Below are positions 8,822 to 19,537 of a stretch of 64,000 nt of DNA, piece by piece. The notes beneath the pieces are model-generated. The model was given only the letters and a program-made list of their open reading frames with translations, searched no databases and had not been told where the DNA came from. Position 1 is the stretch's first letter, and each line of letters begins with the position of its first letter. The stretch is from an uncultured Chloroflexia bacterium. Lineage in GTDB: Bacteria > Chloroflexota > Anaerolineae > CG2-30-64-16. A program made the translations under genes and the position numbers. The stretch is from contig CAWEMM010000006.1 in NCBI GenBank assembly GCA_963810095.1, positions 1,419,353-1,483,352 of the forward strand. The letters are read 5' to 3'.

Positions 8822-10987
8822 ATGAGCCGTGGCCGTCGGACTTATCTCTACAGCGTGGCCTTGTTTGGCCTCGTGGCTTCGCTGGTCAGCCTGGTATCCT
8901 TCTTGTGGCGGTTTTTCGCCGCCCGCGCCGTGGACCTGCTCGGGGCGTCGCCCCTGACCGGGGTGCTGGACTCGCCCGCGCTGCCCTGGCTGATACTCTT
9001 CCTGCTGACCCTCGCCACGTGGCTCTATCACATCATCGCCGCAAACCGGGCGGCCCGCCCGCTGACCATGGCCGGGGCCGCCGAACGTGCCGCGCCCGAA
9101 CGCAAGATGTACCTCTACATGGGGCGGCTGGCTGTTGTGGCGGTCCTGGCCGGACAGGCCTGGCTGCTGATCCGCCACGTGGCCGTTGCATTTCTCGACA
9201 ACGGCGTTGCCGGCTTACGGGCGGGCAGCGGGTGGACCTTGGCGCTGGCCGCGGGGATCGTCGTCGCCCTGGGTTACTACGTCTACCTGCGCGTCGAGGC
9301 GAGCCGCGATGGTGACTTGGGTCAGGAGCGGGGCAAGGCGGTGCTTTGGCGGAGGGCGTACACGTACGCGGCCGCGCTGGCCGGCGCGCTGCTGACATTC
9401 CTCGGCGGCGGCGAGTTGATCCGTGCGGGGATCCGGGTCTTGATGACGCCGCTGAGCCGCGACGTGACGTGGCATGGTCCTGCCGCGGCTGCGCTTGGGG
9501 CGCTCGTCGTCGGCTTGCCGCTAAGTGCAGCGGCCTGGGGCGCGGCGAACCGGGCCGCGACCATGAACGCGCCCTCGGAGACGAACGCGCTCAGCCGGGT
9601 GCTGCTGCGCTACGGCGGCGTGCTGGTGGCGACGCTCGTCACCCTCGTGGCGTTGGGCTACCTGGTCGAGCAGATCATCCTGACTGCCATCAGCCGGCCG
9701 GTCGGAAATGCAGGCCGGGCCTTATTCGGCATGTTCGACTGGACCTGGGCGCTGGCCTACCTGCCCGTGGCCGCGCTGATGTGGATCAGTTTTTCGGGCG
9801 GCGCGCGGACGGATGCGCTCTGGGGTGGTGAGAAGCCGCGCACGGGCGGCATCCGCCGGGTTGTCCGCTACCTGCTGACGGCGATCTCGCTGGTCGCCTT
9901 CTGGTACGGCTTGACGGAGTTCACGCGGCTGATTCTCCAGGTGTTCCTGGGCGCAGACTCGGCCACGGGCAGCGCGGCCGAATGGGTCCAGCGCTTCGCG
10001 ACCTCGGCGGCGTTCCTTCTGATTGGCGCGCCGGCGTGGTGGGGTCACTGGTGGTCGCAGCAGATGCGCGTGCGTTCGGAGAACTACGAGAGCCGCGGCA
10101 CAGCCGTGAGCGAACGGGGCTCGCGGGTGCGGCGTGTCTACCTGTGGGGGGTTCTGCTGGTGGCTGCCGTGGTGGTCGTCGCCGCGTTTGGGTTCGCCGT
10201 GGTGCTGGCGTTGAACTGGCGGTCGGCCGGCAACCTCGGCGGGGTGCGGGCTGCGGTGGCGGGCGCCGTGGCCGCGGCAGTTGTTGCCGCGTTCTGGGCA
10301 CTCGTCCACGGCCTGGTGTTGAGGAGTGACATGCGTTATCTGTCGCGGGGCCAAGCCGCCGGCGCTGCGGAGCCCGTCATCGTCGCACCGCTCGTGCCGG
10401 CGGCTGCGGCTGCTCCGGCCGGCATCGGGCCTGTCGCAGCGGCCGCGGCCGTCGCCGGTGTAAGCCGGGCGGCGCCGGGCGGGACGCAGCCCCAGCCCCT
10501 TGCCGAGAGCCGCGAGTATCGCCGGGAAGACCTGGCGCCGCTGGCCGCGCAGGCGGGTTTGGACGTCGTGGCAGGAGGGGCAACACCCGCCCTGGTCATC
10601 CTGGACGGTGCCGATGGCGCGCTGGGCGCGCAGCTGACAGCAGCGCTTCGTTCCGCATTCCCGACCGCAGCGCTCTGGCCGGTGGGGTTGAACGAGGTGG
10701 CGCACATGGCTATGCTGGGCGCGCTGGGCCAGGAGCCGCCCGTCCTGCCCGACGATGCCTTCGACCGGGCCGCGGGCATCCTTGCGCCGTCGGACGTGCT
10801 GATCCCCGGTGCGTTGGATGGGCAGGTCACTGCCGAACTGGTCGAGGCGCTCGCGCGGACCACCGCCCGGATCATGCTGCTGCCCCCGCACGACGCCCGG
10901 CTGCGCTGGGTGGCCGCGCCGAATTGGCCGGTGGAGCGCTGGGTGGAAAACGCGGTGATCGAAGCGGGAAACGTGCTTGGGGCGTAA
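8822..10987 (+). CDS. large polytopic membrane protein of unknown function with Ala-rich cytoplasmic C-terminal region
   Basis: 721-aa ORF preceded by RBS AGAGGAGG. Repeated TM hairpins; no family recognised. Confidence 0.6.
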   Translation: MSRGRRTYLYSVALFGLVASLVSLVSFLWRFFAARAVDLLGASPLTGVLDSPALPWLILFLLTLATWLYHIIAANRAARPLTMAGAAERAAPERKMYLYMGRLAVVAVLAGQAWLLIRHVAVAFLDNGVAGLRAGSGWTLALAAGIVVALGYYVYLRVEASRDGDLGQERGKAVLWRRAYTYAAALAGALLTFLGGGELIRAGIRVLMTPLSRDVTWHGPAAAALGALVVGLPLSAAAWGAANRAATMNAPSETNALSRVLLRYGGVLVATLVTLVALGYLVEQIILTAISRPVGNAGRALFGMFDWTWALAYLPVAALMWISFSGGARTDALWGGEKPRTGGIRRVVRYLLTAISLVAFWYGLTEFTRLILQVFLGADSATGSAAEWVQRFATSAAFLLIGAPAWWGHWWSQQMRVRSENYESRGTAVSERGSRVRRVYLWGVLLVAAVVVVAAFGFAVVLALNWRSAGNLGGVRAAVAGAVAAAVVAAFWALVHGLVLRSDMRYLSRGQAAGAAEPVIVAPLVPAAAAAPAGIGPVAAAAAVAGVSRAAPGGTQPQPLAESREYRREDLAPLAAQAGLDVVAGGATPALVILDGADGALGAQLTAALRSAFPTAALWPVGLNEVAHMAMLGALGQEPPVLPDDAFDRAAGILAPSDVLIPGALDGQVTAELVEALARTTARIMLLPPHDARLRWVAAPNWPVERWVENAVIEAGNVLGA

Positions 10988-11005
10988 CGAGAAATGACAA
11001 GGGCG

Positions 11006-11049
11006 AGGCATTGCGGCCTGCACTGCTCGCAGCGCAGGCCGCAATGCCT
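11006..11049. terminator. bidirectional terminator hairpin between convergent genes (16-bp perfect stem AGGCATTGCGGCCTGC / GCAGGCCGCAATGCCT)
   Basis: Read directly. Lies between stop codons at 10987 and 11056. Confidence 0.6.
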
Positions 11050-11055
11050 ACGCCC

Positions 11056-12315
11056 CTACTCCTGCAGGCACTTGAGACAGTAATCCACTTCTTCGCGTGT
11101 GTTGTAGTGCGCCAGGCCCGCGCGCACTACGCCGCCGCTTTCTTCGATCCCCAGGCGCTCGGTGACGGCCAGCGCATAGAAGTTGCCCGACCATACATAC
11201 ACGCCGCGGCGAGCCAGGTGCTCGGCCACCTCGTCCGGATGCTTGCCCGCGAGCCGGAACGCGGCCGTCGGGGTGCGCCGGTCGAACTGGCTTGGATCGG
11301 CGATGCCGTAGAAGGTCAGGCCGGGGATGGCCCGCAGGCCCTGGGCGAAGTGCGCGAACAGGTCCCGCTCATACGCCTTGATGGCGGCCATCGCCTGCTT
11401 CAACGCCAGCCGGCTGCCTGTGAAGCCCGGGAATTGGCCCTCAAACTCGCCTCCGCACATGCTCCCGAGCTCGGCCAGATACTCGACCGCGGCCAGAACG
11501 CCCGCCTGCGCCTCGTGGGCCTGGGTGCCCGTCTCGAACTTGTCGGGCGACGCGTTGCCGGCCGGACGCACCTTGTAGGCCCGCAGCTGCTCCAGAAGCT
11601 CGTGCCGGCCCCACAGCGTGCCCGAGTGCGGGCCGAAAAACTTGTAAGGCGAGCAGATCAGGAAGTCGCAGCCGAGCGCCTGCACGTCGACCGGACCGTG
11701 CGGGACGTAGTGCACCGCATCGACCCATAACCATGCGCCGGCCGCGTGAACCAGGCGGGCAATCTCGGGGATCGGATTGACCGTCCCGACCGCGTTCGAG
11801 GCGTAGCCGACCGCTACGAGCTTGGTCTTGGGGCCGAGCTTGCTCTGCAGGTCGTCGAGGCGCAGCGTGCAGTCTGCCGGGTCGAAGTCGACCTCCTTGA
11901 CCACAACCCCCTTTTCGGCCAGCGCAAGCCAGGGTGCGCGATTTGCGTCGTGGTCGAGCTTCGTGATGAGCACCTCGTCGCCGGGGGCCAGCTCGCGGCC
12001 GATGGCCCGGCTGACGGCAAACGTGAGCGTGGTCATGTTGGCGCCGAAGACGATCTCGGCGGGCGAGGCCGCGTTGAGCAGATCGGCCATGGCCTCATGC
12101 GCGGCGTGCAGCACTGCGTCGCTCTCGCGGGAGGTGCGGAACGCGCCCCCATGGTTGGCGTTCGATCGGATGAGGTAATGCGCCATCGCATCGATCACGC
12201 GCTGGGGCACCTGGGTGCCGCCGGGTCCGTCGAAGTAGACGGCCGGCCGGCCCGCGTCGACCAGGGCGAGCGCGGGGAACTGGGAACGGACGAAGGAAAG
12301 GTCTAGCTGAGACAT
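11056..12315 (-). CDS. aminotransferase class V (cysteine desulfurase-like / isopenicillin-N-epimerase-like PLP enzyme)
   Basis: 419 aa. PLP-lysine motif SPYKFFGPHSG and class-V fold motifs. Confidence 0.85.
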   Translation of the reverse strand: MSQLDLSFVRSQFPALALVDAGRPAVYFDGPGGTQVPQRVIDAMAHYLIRSNANHGGAFRTSRESDAVLHAAHEAMADLLNAASPAEIVFGANMTTLTFAVSRAIGRELAPGDEVLITKLDHDANRAPWLALAEKGVVVKEVDFDPADCTLRLDDLQSKLGPKTKLVAVGYASNAVGTVNPIPEIARLVHAAGAWLWVDAVHYVPHGPVDVQALGCDFLICSPYKFFGPHSGTLWGRHELLEQLRAYKVRPAGNASPDKFETGTQAHEAQAGVLAAVEYLAELGSMCGGEFEGQFPGFTGSRLALKQAMAAIKAYERDLFAHFAQGLRAIPGLTFYGIADPSQFDRRTPTAAFRLAGKHPDEVAEHLARRGVYVWSGNFYALAVTERLGIEESGGVVRAGLAHYNTREEVDYCLKCLQE

Positions 12316-12354
12316 GGTTTGCTCCTGAAGGGATAGACCGTCGCATCTTACCCA

Positions 12355-12435
12355 AGAAACCCGCTTTCTGCCAGAACCACCTTTAGGAAACCAGGTTTCT
12401 CCGAGAAACCGGGTTTCTGCTCTCGCATGCTATAA
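12355..12435. promoter_or_regulatory. divergent promoter region with three palindromic operator-like sites (AGAAACC-N-GGTTTCT) and an extended -10 TGCTATAAT (12427-12435)
   Basis: Palindromes at about 12355-12371, 12387-12401 and 12404-12420 read directly. RBS AAGAGG precedes the GTG at 12476. Confidence 0.45.
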
Positions 12436-12475
12436 TGGCCCGGTCAGACGATTCTCCTGCAAAGAGGTTAACCTC

Positions 12476-13063
12476 GTGGCTACTCAAGTTCGCCTGTTCG
12501 TCAGCGCGGGACCGGCTGAAGAGGGGGCGAGGGAACACCTGGGCCGGGCGCTTGCGGAGCTGCCCATCAGCGTGGGCTGGGTGATCAAGCGCACACCCGA
12601 CGTCGACTCCGTGGCCGAATGCCACCTGTTCGCGGTGCTACTTGGCCGCGATATCGCCGCGCCGGTGGGGCTCGAGCTATGGTGGGCGCGGCGCACGGAG
12701 AAGCCGGTGCTGGCCTATACGGCCGAAGGGCTGCGCACGCCGGCCTGCCAGGTGTTCTTCCAGGACAACTTCTACCTCGACTGGCACCCATTTCCCGATG
12801 CGGTGAGTTTGCGGCGCCTGTTCCTGCTCGACATCTGCCGCTTTCTCCTCGCCCACGACGAGCGGTATGGCGTGACCGTGGTCGAGACGGAGGCGCTGCG
12901 CGGCTTCATGGCGCGATTGGAAAAGCCCGCAGCGGTCGTCCCCGGCCGCGCTCCGGCACGGGAAGGCCCCCTGGCCAGGCCCCAAGGCGCAGGGGGCGGG
13001 GGCGTGATCCTCGCGCCGGGCAAGGACACCCCGCGCGGTGCACGCATCATTGGCGAGGAGTGA
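12476..13063 (+). CDS. hypothetical protein
   Basis: 195-aa ORF with GTG start and good RBS. No recognisable domain. Confidence 0.45.
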   Translation: MATQVRLFVSAGPAEEGAREHLGRALAELPISVGWVIKRTPDVDSVAECHLFAVLLGRDIAAPVGLELWWARRTEKPVLAYTAEGLRTPACQVFFQDNFYLDWHPFPDAVSLRRLFLLDICRFLLAHDERYGVTVVETEALRGFMARLEKPAAVVPGRAPAREGPLARPQGAGGGGVILAPGKDTPRGARIIGEE

Positions 13064-13076
13064 GCCCGCGCAGCCC

Positions 13077-14936
13077 ATGAACCTGTCTCCCAGCGTCCCT
13101 GCCCCGCGCCCTGCGCCCCTCGCACGAGTTACAGCCTGGCTGCGTCGCGATGTGCACCTGTGGTTGGCCCTACTCCTGGTCGTCCCTGCAATGCTGCCGC
13201 TCTTCGCGCCGGGCTACTTCGTGAAAGCCCACGACGCGCGGCACAGCATCTTCTTCCTGGTCGAGTTCGACCGCAGTTTCAGCGAGGGCGCCTTGTGGCC
13301 CGTGTGGGGGCCCGACCATGCCGTCGGATTCGGCTATCCGACGTTCTTGTTGTACGCACCGCTCGCGTTTTACGTGGGCGAGGCATTCCACCTGCTGGGT
13401 CTTGGCTTCGCCGCGGCGACGAAGGCGACCTGGGCGCTCGGCTTCCTGCTGGGCGCGGCGGGCACCTACCGCCTTAGCCGGCGCTGGTTCACCCCCGCAG
13501 TTGCGCTGGTTGCGAGCCTCGCTTTCACGTACGCGCCGTATCACCTGGGGCAGATCTACGTGCGCGCCGCCCTTGCCGAGTTCATGGCGCTTGCCTGGTT
13601 GCCCTGGGCCGTGCTGGCCTTCTTACGACTGTGGGACGAGCCGGGACCGCGCCGGGCGGCGCTGGCCGGGCTGGCGTTGGCGGCGTTGTTGCTGTTTCAC
13701 ACAGTCTCGACGTTGACCTTCGCGCCGCTGATCGGCGCGCTGCTGGCGCTGCTCCTCGTGCGGGACGCGGTGAAGGCGCGCTCGCTCGTGCGGGCGGTGC
13801 GCTCGCCGCAGGCCGGCTGGACGTTCGTGGCGCTGGTCGTGGCGGGCCTGCTCTCCTGCATCTTCTTCGTGCCCATGCTCCTGGAGCGCGGCGGCGTGGC
13901 ACAGTGGCAGTGGGTCAAGGAGACGTACAGCTACCGGCTGCACTTCGTCTATCCGGGTCAATTCCTGCTTCCCACCTGGGGCTATGGCTACTCCGTGGCA
14001 GGCCCGAACGATGGCATGAGTTTTCAGGTCGGCATCCCGATCTTCCTGCTGGCGGTGCTGGGCGCCGGCGTGGCGCTGCTGAGGCGCGCGCGTCCTGAGC
14101 CGACCGCCTTCCAGCTGGAAGGGGTGGAGGCGCCGGTCGCGCCTCCGGCGGGCGGGCGATTAATGGTCCTGTTCCTCACGGCCGTCACGCTGGTGACCCT
14201 GTTCCTGATGACGCCGGCGGCGCAGGGCATCTGGGATGTGCTGCCCCTGGTGGAGTTAATCCAATTTCCGTGGCGTTTGCTGGCGGTGGTCGTGTTTGCG
14301 CTGGCGCTGCTCGCAGGTTGGGGCGCATGGCTGCTCAACTCGCGTGCCTTGCGCCGGGGACCGCAAGGCGTCAGCCCCTTCGTCTACGTTGCCGGGTTGG
14401 CGCTCATCGTGAGCAGCCTGCCGTTCACGCGGCCCGAGATCGTCCCGCTCAGGCCGCAGGATGAGAGCCCGCTCGCGGTGCTCGACTTCGAGATGGCCTT
14501 CCCCGACATGCGCGGGTTGACCGCGTGGGCCGAGCGGCCGCCCGCGGACGCCGACTCGCCGCTGATTGCCCAGTACCTGGCCGGGCAGCCGCTGCAAAAG
14601 GCGGCGATTGCGTCGGGCTCGGGCACGATTCTCGAGCAGTCGTCCGGTGCGCTGTCGGCGCGGGCGAGCGTGCGCGCGACCGGCCCGTTGTCTCTGCGCT
14701 TCTACACGTATTACTTCCCCGGCTGGCGTGCGACGGTCGACGGGCGGCCTGCTGAGTTGCGGGCTGAGGGCCCGAACGGGCTGATGACGGTGGACGTGCC
14801 GGCCGGCGAGCACGAAGTGCGGGTTACGTTTGGGCAGACCCCGGCGAGGATGGCCGGCCGGTTGCTGGCCGCCCTGGGTGCGCTTCTATGCGTGTTTTTG
14901 CTGGTAAAGGGCAAGCGCAAGGCAATTATCGGCTGA
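13077..14936 (+). CDS. polytopic membrane protein, YfhO/PF10131-like, paralog 3 (intact)
   Basis: PGYFVKAHDARH motif and TM core. C-terminal domain (FPGWRATVDGRPAELRAEG) is homologous to the C-terminus of paralog 2. Confidence 0.75.
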   Translation: MNLSPSVPAPRPAPLARVTAWLRRDVHLWLALLLVVPAMLPLFAPGYFVKAHDARHSIFFLVEFDRSFSEGALWPVWGPDHAVGFGYPTFLLYAPLAFYVGEAFHLLGLGFAAATKATWALGFLLGAAGTYRLSRRWFTPAVALVASLAFTYAPYHLGQIYVRAALAEFMALAWLPWAVLAFLRLWDEPGPRRAALAGLALAALLLFHTVSTLTFAPLIGALLALLLVRDAVKARSLVRAVRSPQAGWTFVALVVAGLLSCIFFVPMLLERGGVAQWQWVKETYSYRLHFVYPGQFLLPTWGYGYSVAGPNDGMSFQVGIPIFLLAVLGAGVALLRRARPEPTAFQLEGVEAPVAPPAGGRLMVLFLTAVTLVTLFLMTPAAQGIWDVLPLVELIQFPWRLLAVVVFALALLAGWGAWLLNSRALRRGPQGVSPFVYVAGLALIVSSLPFTRPEIVPLRPQDESPLAVLDFEMAFPDMRGLTAWAERPPADADSPLIAQYLAGQPLQKAAIASGSGTILEQSSGALSARASVRATGPLSLRFYTYYFPGWRATVDGRPAELRAEGPNGLMTVDVPAGEHEVRVTFGQTPARMAGRLLAALGALLCVFLLVKGKRKAIIG

Positions 14937-15135
14937 CGCCTGATGACTATTTTGCGGGGGCGCTCTTGCCCCCGCCGCCCCGACGCGAGTGGCTGCCCAC
15001 GACCGACTCATTGGCGGGGAGCGCTCTCGCCCCCGACGCGAGGGGTTGCCACGACCGACTCATTGGCGGGAGCGCTCTTGCCCCCGCCGCCCCCGACCAG
15101 GGGCTGCGCCCCTTGGAACCCCAAAGGCAGCGCTG
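14937..15135 (+). repeat. GC-rich repeat element, copy B, containing a roughly 56-nt tandem duplication (about 2.5 copies, 14957-15124)
   Basis: GCGCTCTTGCCCCCGCCGCCCCGAC...CGACTCATTGGCGGG repeats. Ends with GGGGCTGCGCCCCTTGGAACCCCAAAGG, as in the other copies. Confidence 0.55.
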
Positions 15136-15322
15136 TAGGTACACGTTCGCCTGGATAAGTCACTGTACGGGGGATGAGCCAGGGCGGCAGGAACCATGCG
15201 TGTGGTTACAACGCCTAACGGGCCACACGGCTGATGAAGGCAGCCGGCCCGCCGTAAGCGTTGCCTTCGGAGGTTCTGGGGGCGGCGGCGGCATGACATT
15301 GGTCGTATCTGCCTGGGCAAAC

Positions 15323-15351
15323 TTGCGTTTGTTCGTGCAGATTATTATAAT
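15323..15351 (+). promoter_or_regulatory. sigma70-like promoter (-35 TTGCGT, 17 nt, -10 TATAAT); TSS about 15358 predicts a leaderless mRNA for the CDS at 15362
   Basis: Hexamers read directly. Confidence 0.45.
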
Positions 15352-15361
15352 CGGTTAACCT

Positions 15362-16513
15362 ATGAGCCAACCGGATACACCTCGGCCGTCCTACGGCCAA
15401 CTGCGCACTTGTCCCAGCTGCGGGACACGGGTCGCTCAGAAAGCTGAAACCTGTTTCTTCTGCGGCGCCGCGCTCGATTCAGAGCCACGCCGCCGGCTGC
15501 GATTGCCCTGGGCCGACCTTGTCCTTTTCGCTGCGATCGCCGCGGTGCTCGCCGTGTGGTGGCTGCGCGCCCCCGACGCACCGGAGACGCGCGGACCGGG
15601 CACGGTCGAAGCCGTCTTGAGCGCGCAGCGGGCCGCCGCGTCGCCCACTGCTGCGATCGTCGCTGCTTTGCAGCTGGACGACCCGACGAACACCCCGATG
15701 CCAACCCGAACGCCGCTTCCCACGTCGACAGTCGCTCCCACTGCTACGCCTGAAGCGGCCTCACCCACTCCGGCGGCGGGTCCGACCCGTCACAAGGTGC
15801 AAGCGGGCGATTCCGTAGCGGCTATTGCTGCCAAATATGGCTCGACGATCAAGGATATTATCTCGGCCAACAACCTGAGCGCGGACGGCCGCCTGAGCAT
15901 CGGACAAGAGCTGCTGATCCCGGTTGCCGGGCCTATGGGTGGCCCGGGACCGACGGCGACCCCCGGCACCACGGGCCTGATGTACAACACGCGGGCCGGC
16001 GACACGATCAGCGGCATCGCGACCCGTTTCAAGTCGCAGGTCGACTGGATCATGAAGGCCAATAATATCAAGCCGGGCGACACGCTGCGCATCGGCCAGC
16101 CGCTCCTGGTCCCGCTGGTGCCGGCCACCCCCACCCCCATACCGACCGATCCGATCACGCCCCTGCCGCCGACGCCCACGGAAATCCCGGGCTTGTCTGC
16201 GCCCCAGCTGTTGACGCCGGCGGACGGCGCAACGATTGCGGGACAAGACACGCTCCTTCTGAGTTGGACGTCGGTGGGTGTGTTGGCTCCGGAAGAGTAC
16301 TACGTGGTGACATTGAAGTCGCCCGAGAAGGAAACCGCTGTCGCAACGTGGTGGACCAAGAGCACGTCGTGGCGGCTGCCGGTCGATTACCGGCCCACCG
16401 GCAGCGCAGGGCTGGATTACGTCTGGCGGGTGCAGGTGCGGCGGGGCGGGCAAGACAAGCCGGGCGAGGCCACCAGTCCCACCAGCGAACAGCGGCGTTT
16501 CACCTGGCGTTAA
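15362..16513 (+). CDS. LysM peptidoglycan-binding protein with N-terminal zinc ribbon, TM segment and Pro/Thr linkers
   Basis: CPSCG...CFFCG, then a TM helix, then two LysM motifs (VQAGDSVAAIAAKYG, TRAGDTISGIATRF). Confidence 0.8.
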   Translation: MSQPDTPRPSYGQLRTCPSCGTRVAQKAETCFFCGAALDSEPRRRLRLPWADLVLFAAIAAVLAVWWLRAPDAPETRGPGTVEAVLSAQRAAASPTAAIVAALQLDDPTNTPMPTRTPLPTSTVAPTATPEAASPTPAAGPTRHKVQAGDSVAAIAAKYGSTIKDIISANNLSADGRLSIGQELLIPVAGPMGGPGPTATPGTTGLMYNTRAGDTISGIATRFKSQVDWIMKANNIKPGDTLRIGQPLLVPLVPATPTPIPTDPITPLPPTPTEIPGLSAPQLLTPADGATIAGQDTLLLSWTSVGVLAPEEYYVVTLKSPEKETAVATWWTKSTSWRLPVDYRPTGSAGLDYVWRVQVRRGGQDKPGEATSPTSEQRRFTWR

Positions 16514-16523
16514 CGGGCGACCC

Positions 16524-16556
16524 CAGTGACTGCAAGTGCCGGGCACCTTCAAGGTG
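16524..16556. terminator. bidirectional terminator hairpin (AAGTGCCGGGCACC / GGTGCCCGGCACTT + TTTCAGTTT)
   Basis: Read directly between convergent stops at 16513 and 16568. Confidence 0.6.
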
Positions 16557-16567
16557 CCCGGCACTTT

Positions 16568-17358
16568 TCAGTTTGCGGTGGGAAGATGCAGCACGGCGTA
16601 TAGGTTCAGATTGCCTTCGTGGCCGTCGGAGAAAAAGGTCTCCTGCGCCCCAAGGCCCGCCGCGGCCGCCATTTCTTTGAGCTCCGCCTCGTCGATGTAC
16701 GCGCAATAGCGGGCCCCCGGCGATCCTTCCCCCCACCCCACCAGGTAGTCGTTGCGCTCGACCTCGGCCAGATCGATCCCGACAGAATCCCAGGAGGCGA
16801 TGCGCTTTCTGAGCCGGTCGGAGGCCATGAACTGCCAGGTGGACACGATCAGGGGCGCGCCGGGCGGCAGCAGGGCTGCGCTCCGCCGCGAGAAACTCGA
16901 TGCGGTGACTGCGGCCGGGGATGTGGTGCAGGACCGCCAGGCAGACCGCTGCGTCAAACGGGCCCGCTTGAGACAAGGCGCCGGGCCAGTCGGGCGCGAA
17001 GAGGTCGGCCTCGACGAGCGCGGACGGGATGCGCGGGCGCTGCGCAGCCGTGGCGGCTGCATCTGCCAGCAGGTTCGTGCTGCTGTCCAGCCCCGTGTAG
17101 CGGCCGGTCCAGCCGCTGTCGTCGAGGAAGACGAGGAACCGGGCGTTGCCGCAGCCCAGGTCGAGGACGTTGAACCCGTTTTCCAGATAGGGTAGAATGC
17201 GGCTGAAGCCGGGGGGCCACGAGCGCCGGGTGCGCGAGAACTCGCCGGCGAAGCGCGCATAGAACTGCCTGTTGAGCGCGAGGAGCGCGGCGACCGTCTG
17301 GGGTTGCATTTGATCTTGCGGTTGGCTTTGATCTTGAGGTTGCATGTGTTGAGGTTGC

Positions 17359-17360
<2 letters not shown>
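16568..17360 (-). CDS. class I SAM-dependent methyltransferase; apparent 1-nt frameshift near 16865-16880
   Basis: N-terminal part (VLDLGCGNARF) lies in the frame of ORF 16500..17522. C-terminal part (PGAPLIVSTWQFMASDRL...) lies in the frame of ORF 16568..17260. The junction is in a G-run. Confidence 0.7.
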
Positions 17361-19095
<1,735 letters not shown>

Positions 19096-19280
19096 GGAGA
19101 GCTCTCGACTCGCGTGCGCCCACGGCTCCGCATCCTTCGATTACGCTGCGCTCCGCTCGGCCTGTTTTTTCGTTGCGGCCGTGCGGCGTGAGCTGTTTTT
19201 GTCCCGCGGTTGTTCATGCTATACTTGCGCCACTTAGAGAGGCTTGAGGACGGGTTTCCACGCAGACAAGGAGCGCGCAG

Positions 19281-19502
19281 ATGGATTTCGGCAAGTTCTT
19301 GCTGGGGTTGTTGGTGGGTGCGGCCAGTGGCGCCGCTGCCGCGTTGATGCTGACGCCTCAGTCAGGCGAGGCGACGCAGAACTCGATTCGCGAGCGCGTG
19401 CAGCTCGTCATGGACGAGGGGAAGCGCGCGGCTGCCGAGCGGCGGGCCGAACTCGAAGCCCAATTTGCGCAAGCGCGGCAGACGCCTCGGCTAGAGGGCT
19501 GA
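19281..19502 (+). CDS. YtxH-like small membrane-associated protein
   Basis: MDFGKFLLGLLVGAASGAAAALMLTPQSGEATQ is the typical YtxH N-terminus. RBS GGAG. Confidence 0.7.
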   Translation: MDFGKFLLGLLVGAASGAAAALMLTPQSGEATQNSIRERVQLVMDEGKRAAAERRAELEAQFAQARQTPRLEG

Positions 19503-19537
19503 CCGAGCGGCGCCGGCATTGTCGAGAGGGGGCTCAG

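Noticed and set aside
9722-11044. Long ORFs antisense to, or out of frame with, well-supported genes. Examples are 9722..11044 (minus, 440 aa), 23105..24817 (minus, 570 aa), 29474..31066 (plus, 530 aa), 47087..48664 (plus, 525 aa), 13..1179 (minus) and 641..1447 (minus).
   Set aside because: They are Arg/Ala/Pro/Gly-rich low-complexity translations of the kind produced by about 70% GC DNA. Each lies opposite a gene with clear family motifs, and none has a recognisable domain or RBS.
14957-15124. Possible CRISPR array, or satellite, suggested by the roughly 56-nt tandem repeat.
   Set aside because: Only about 2.5 degenerate copies with no unique spacers between them. It is part of the repeat-element family, and no cas genes are present.
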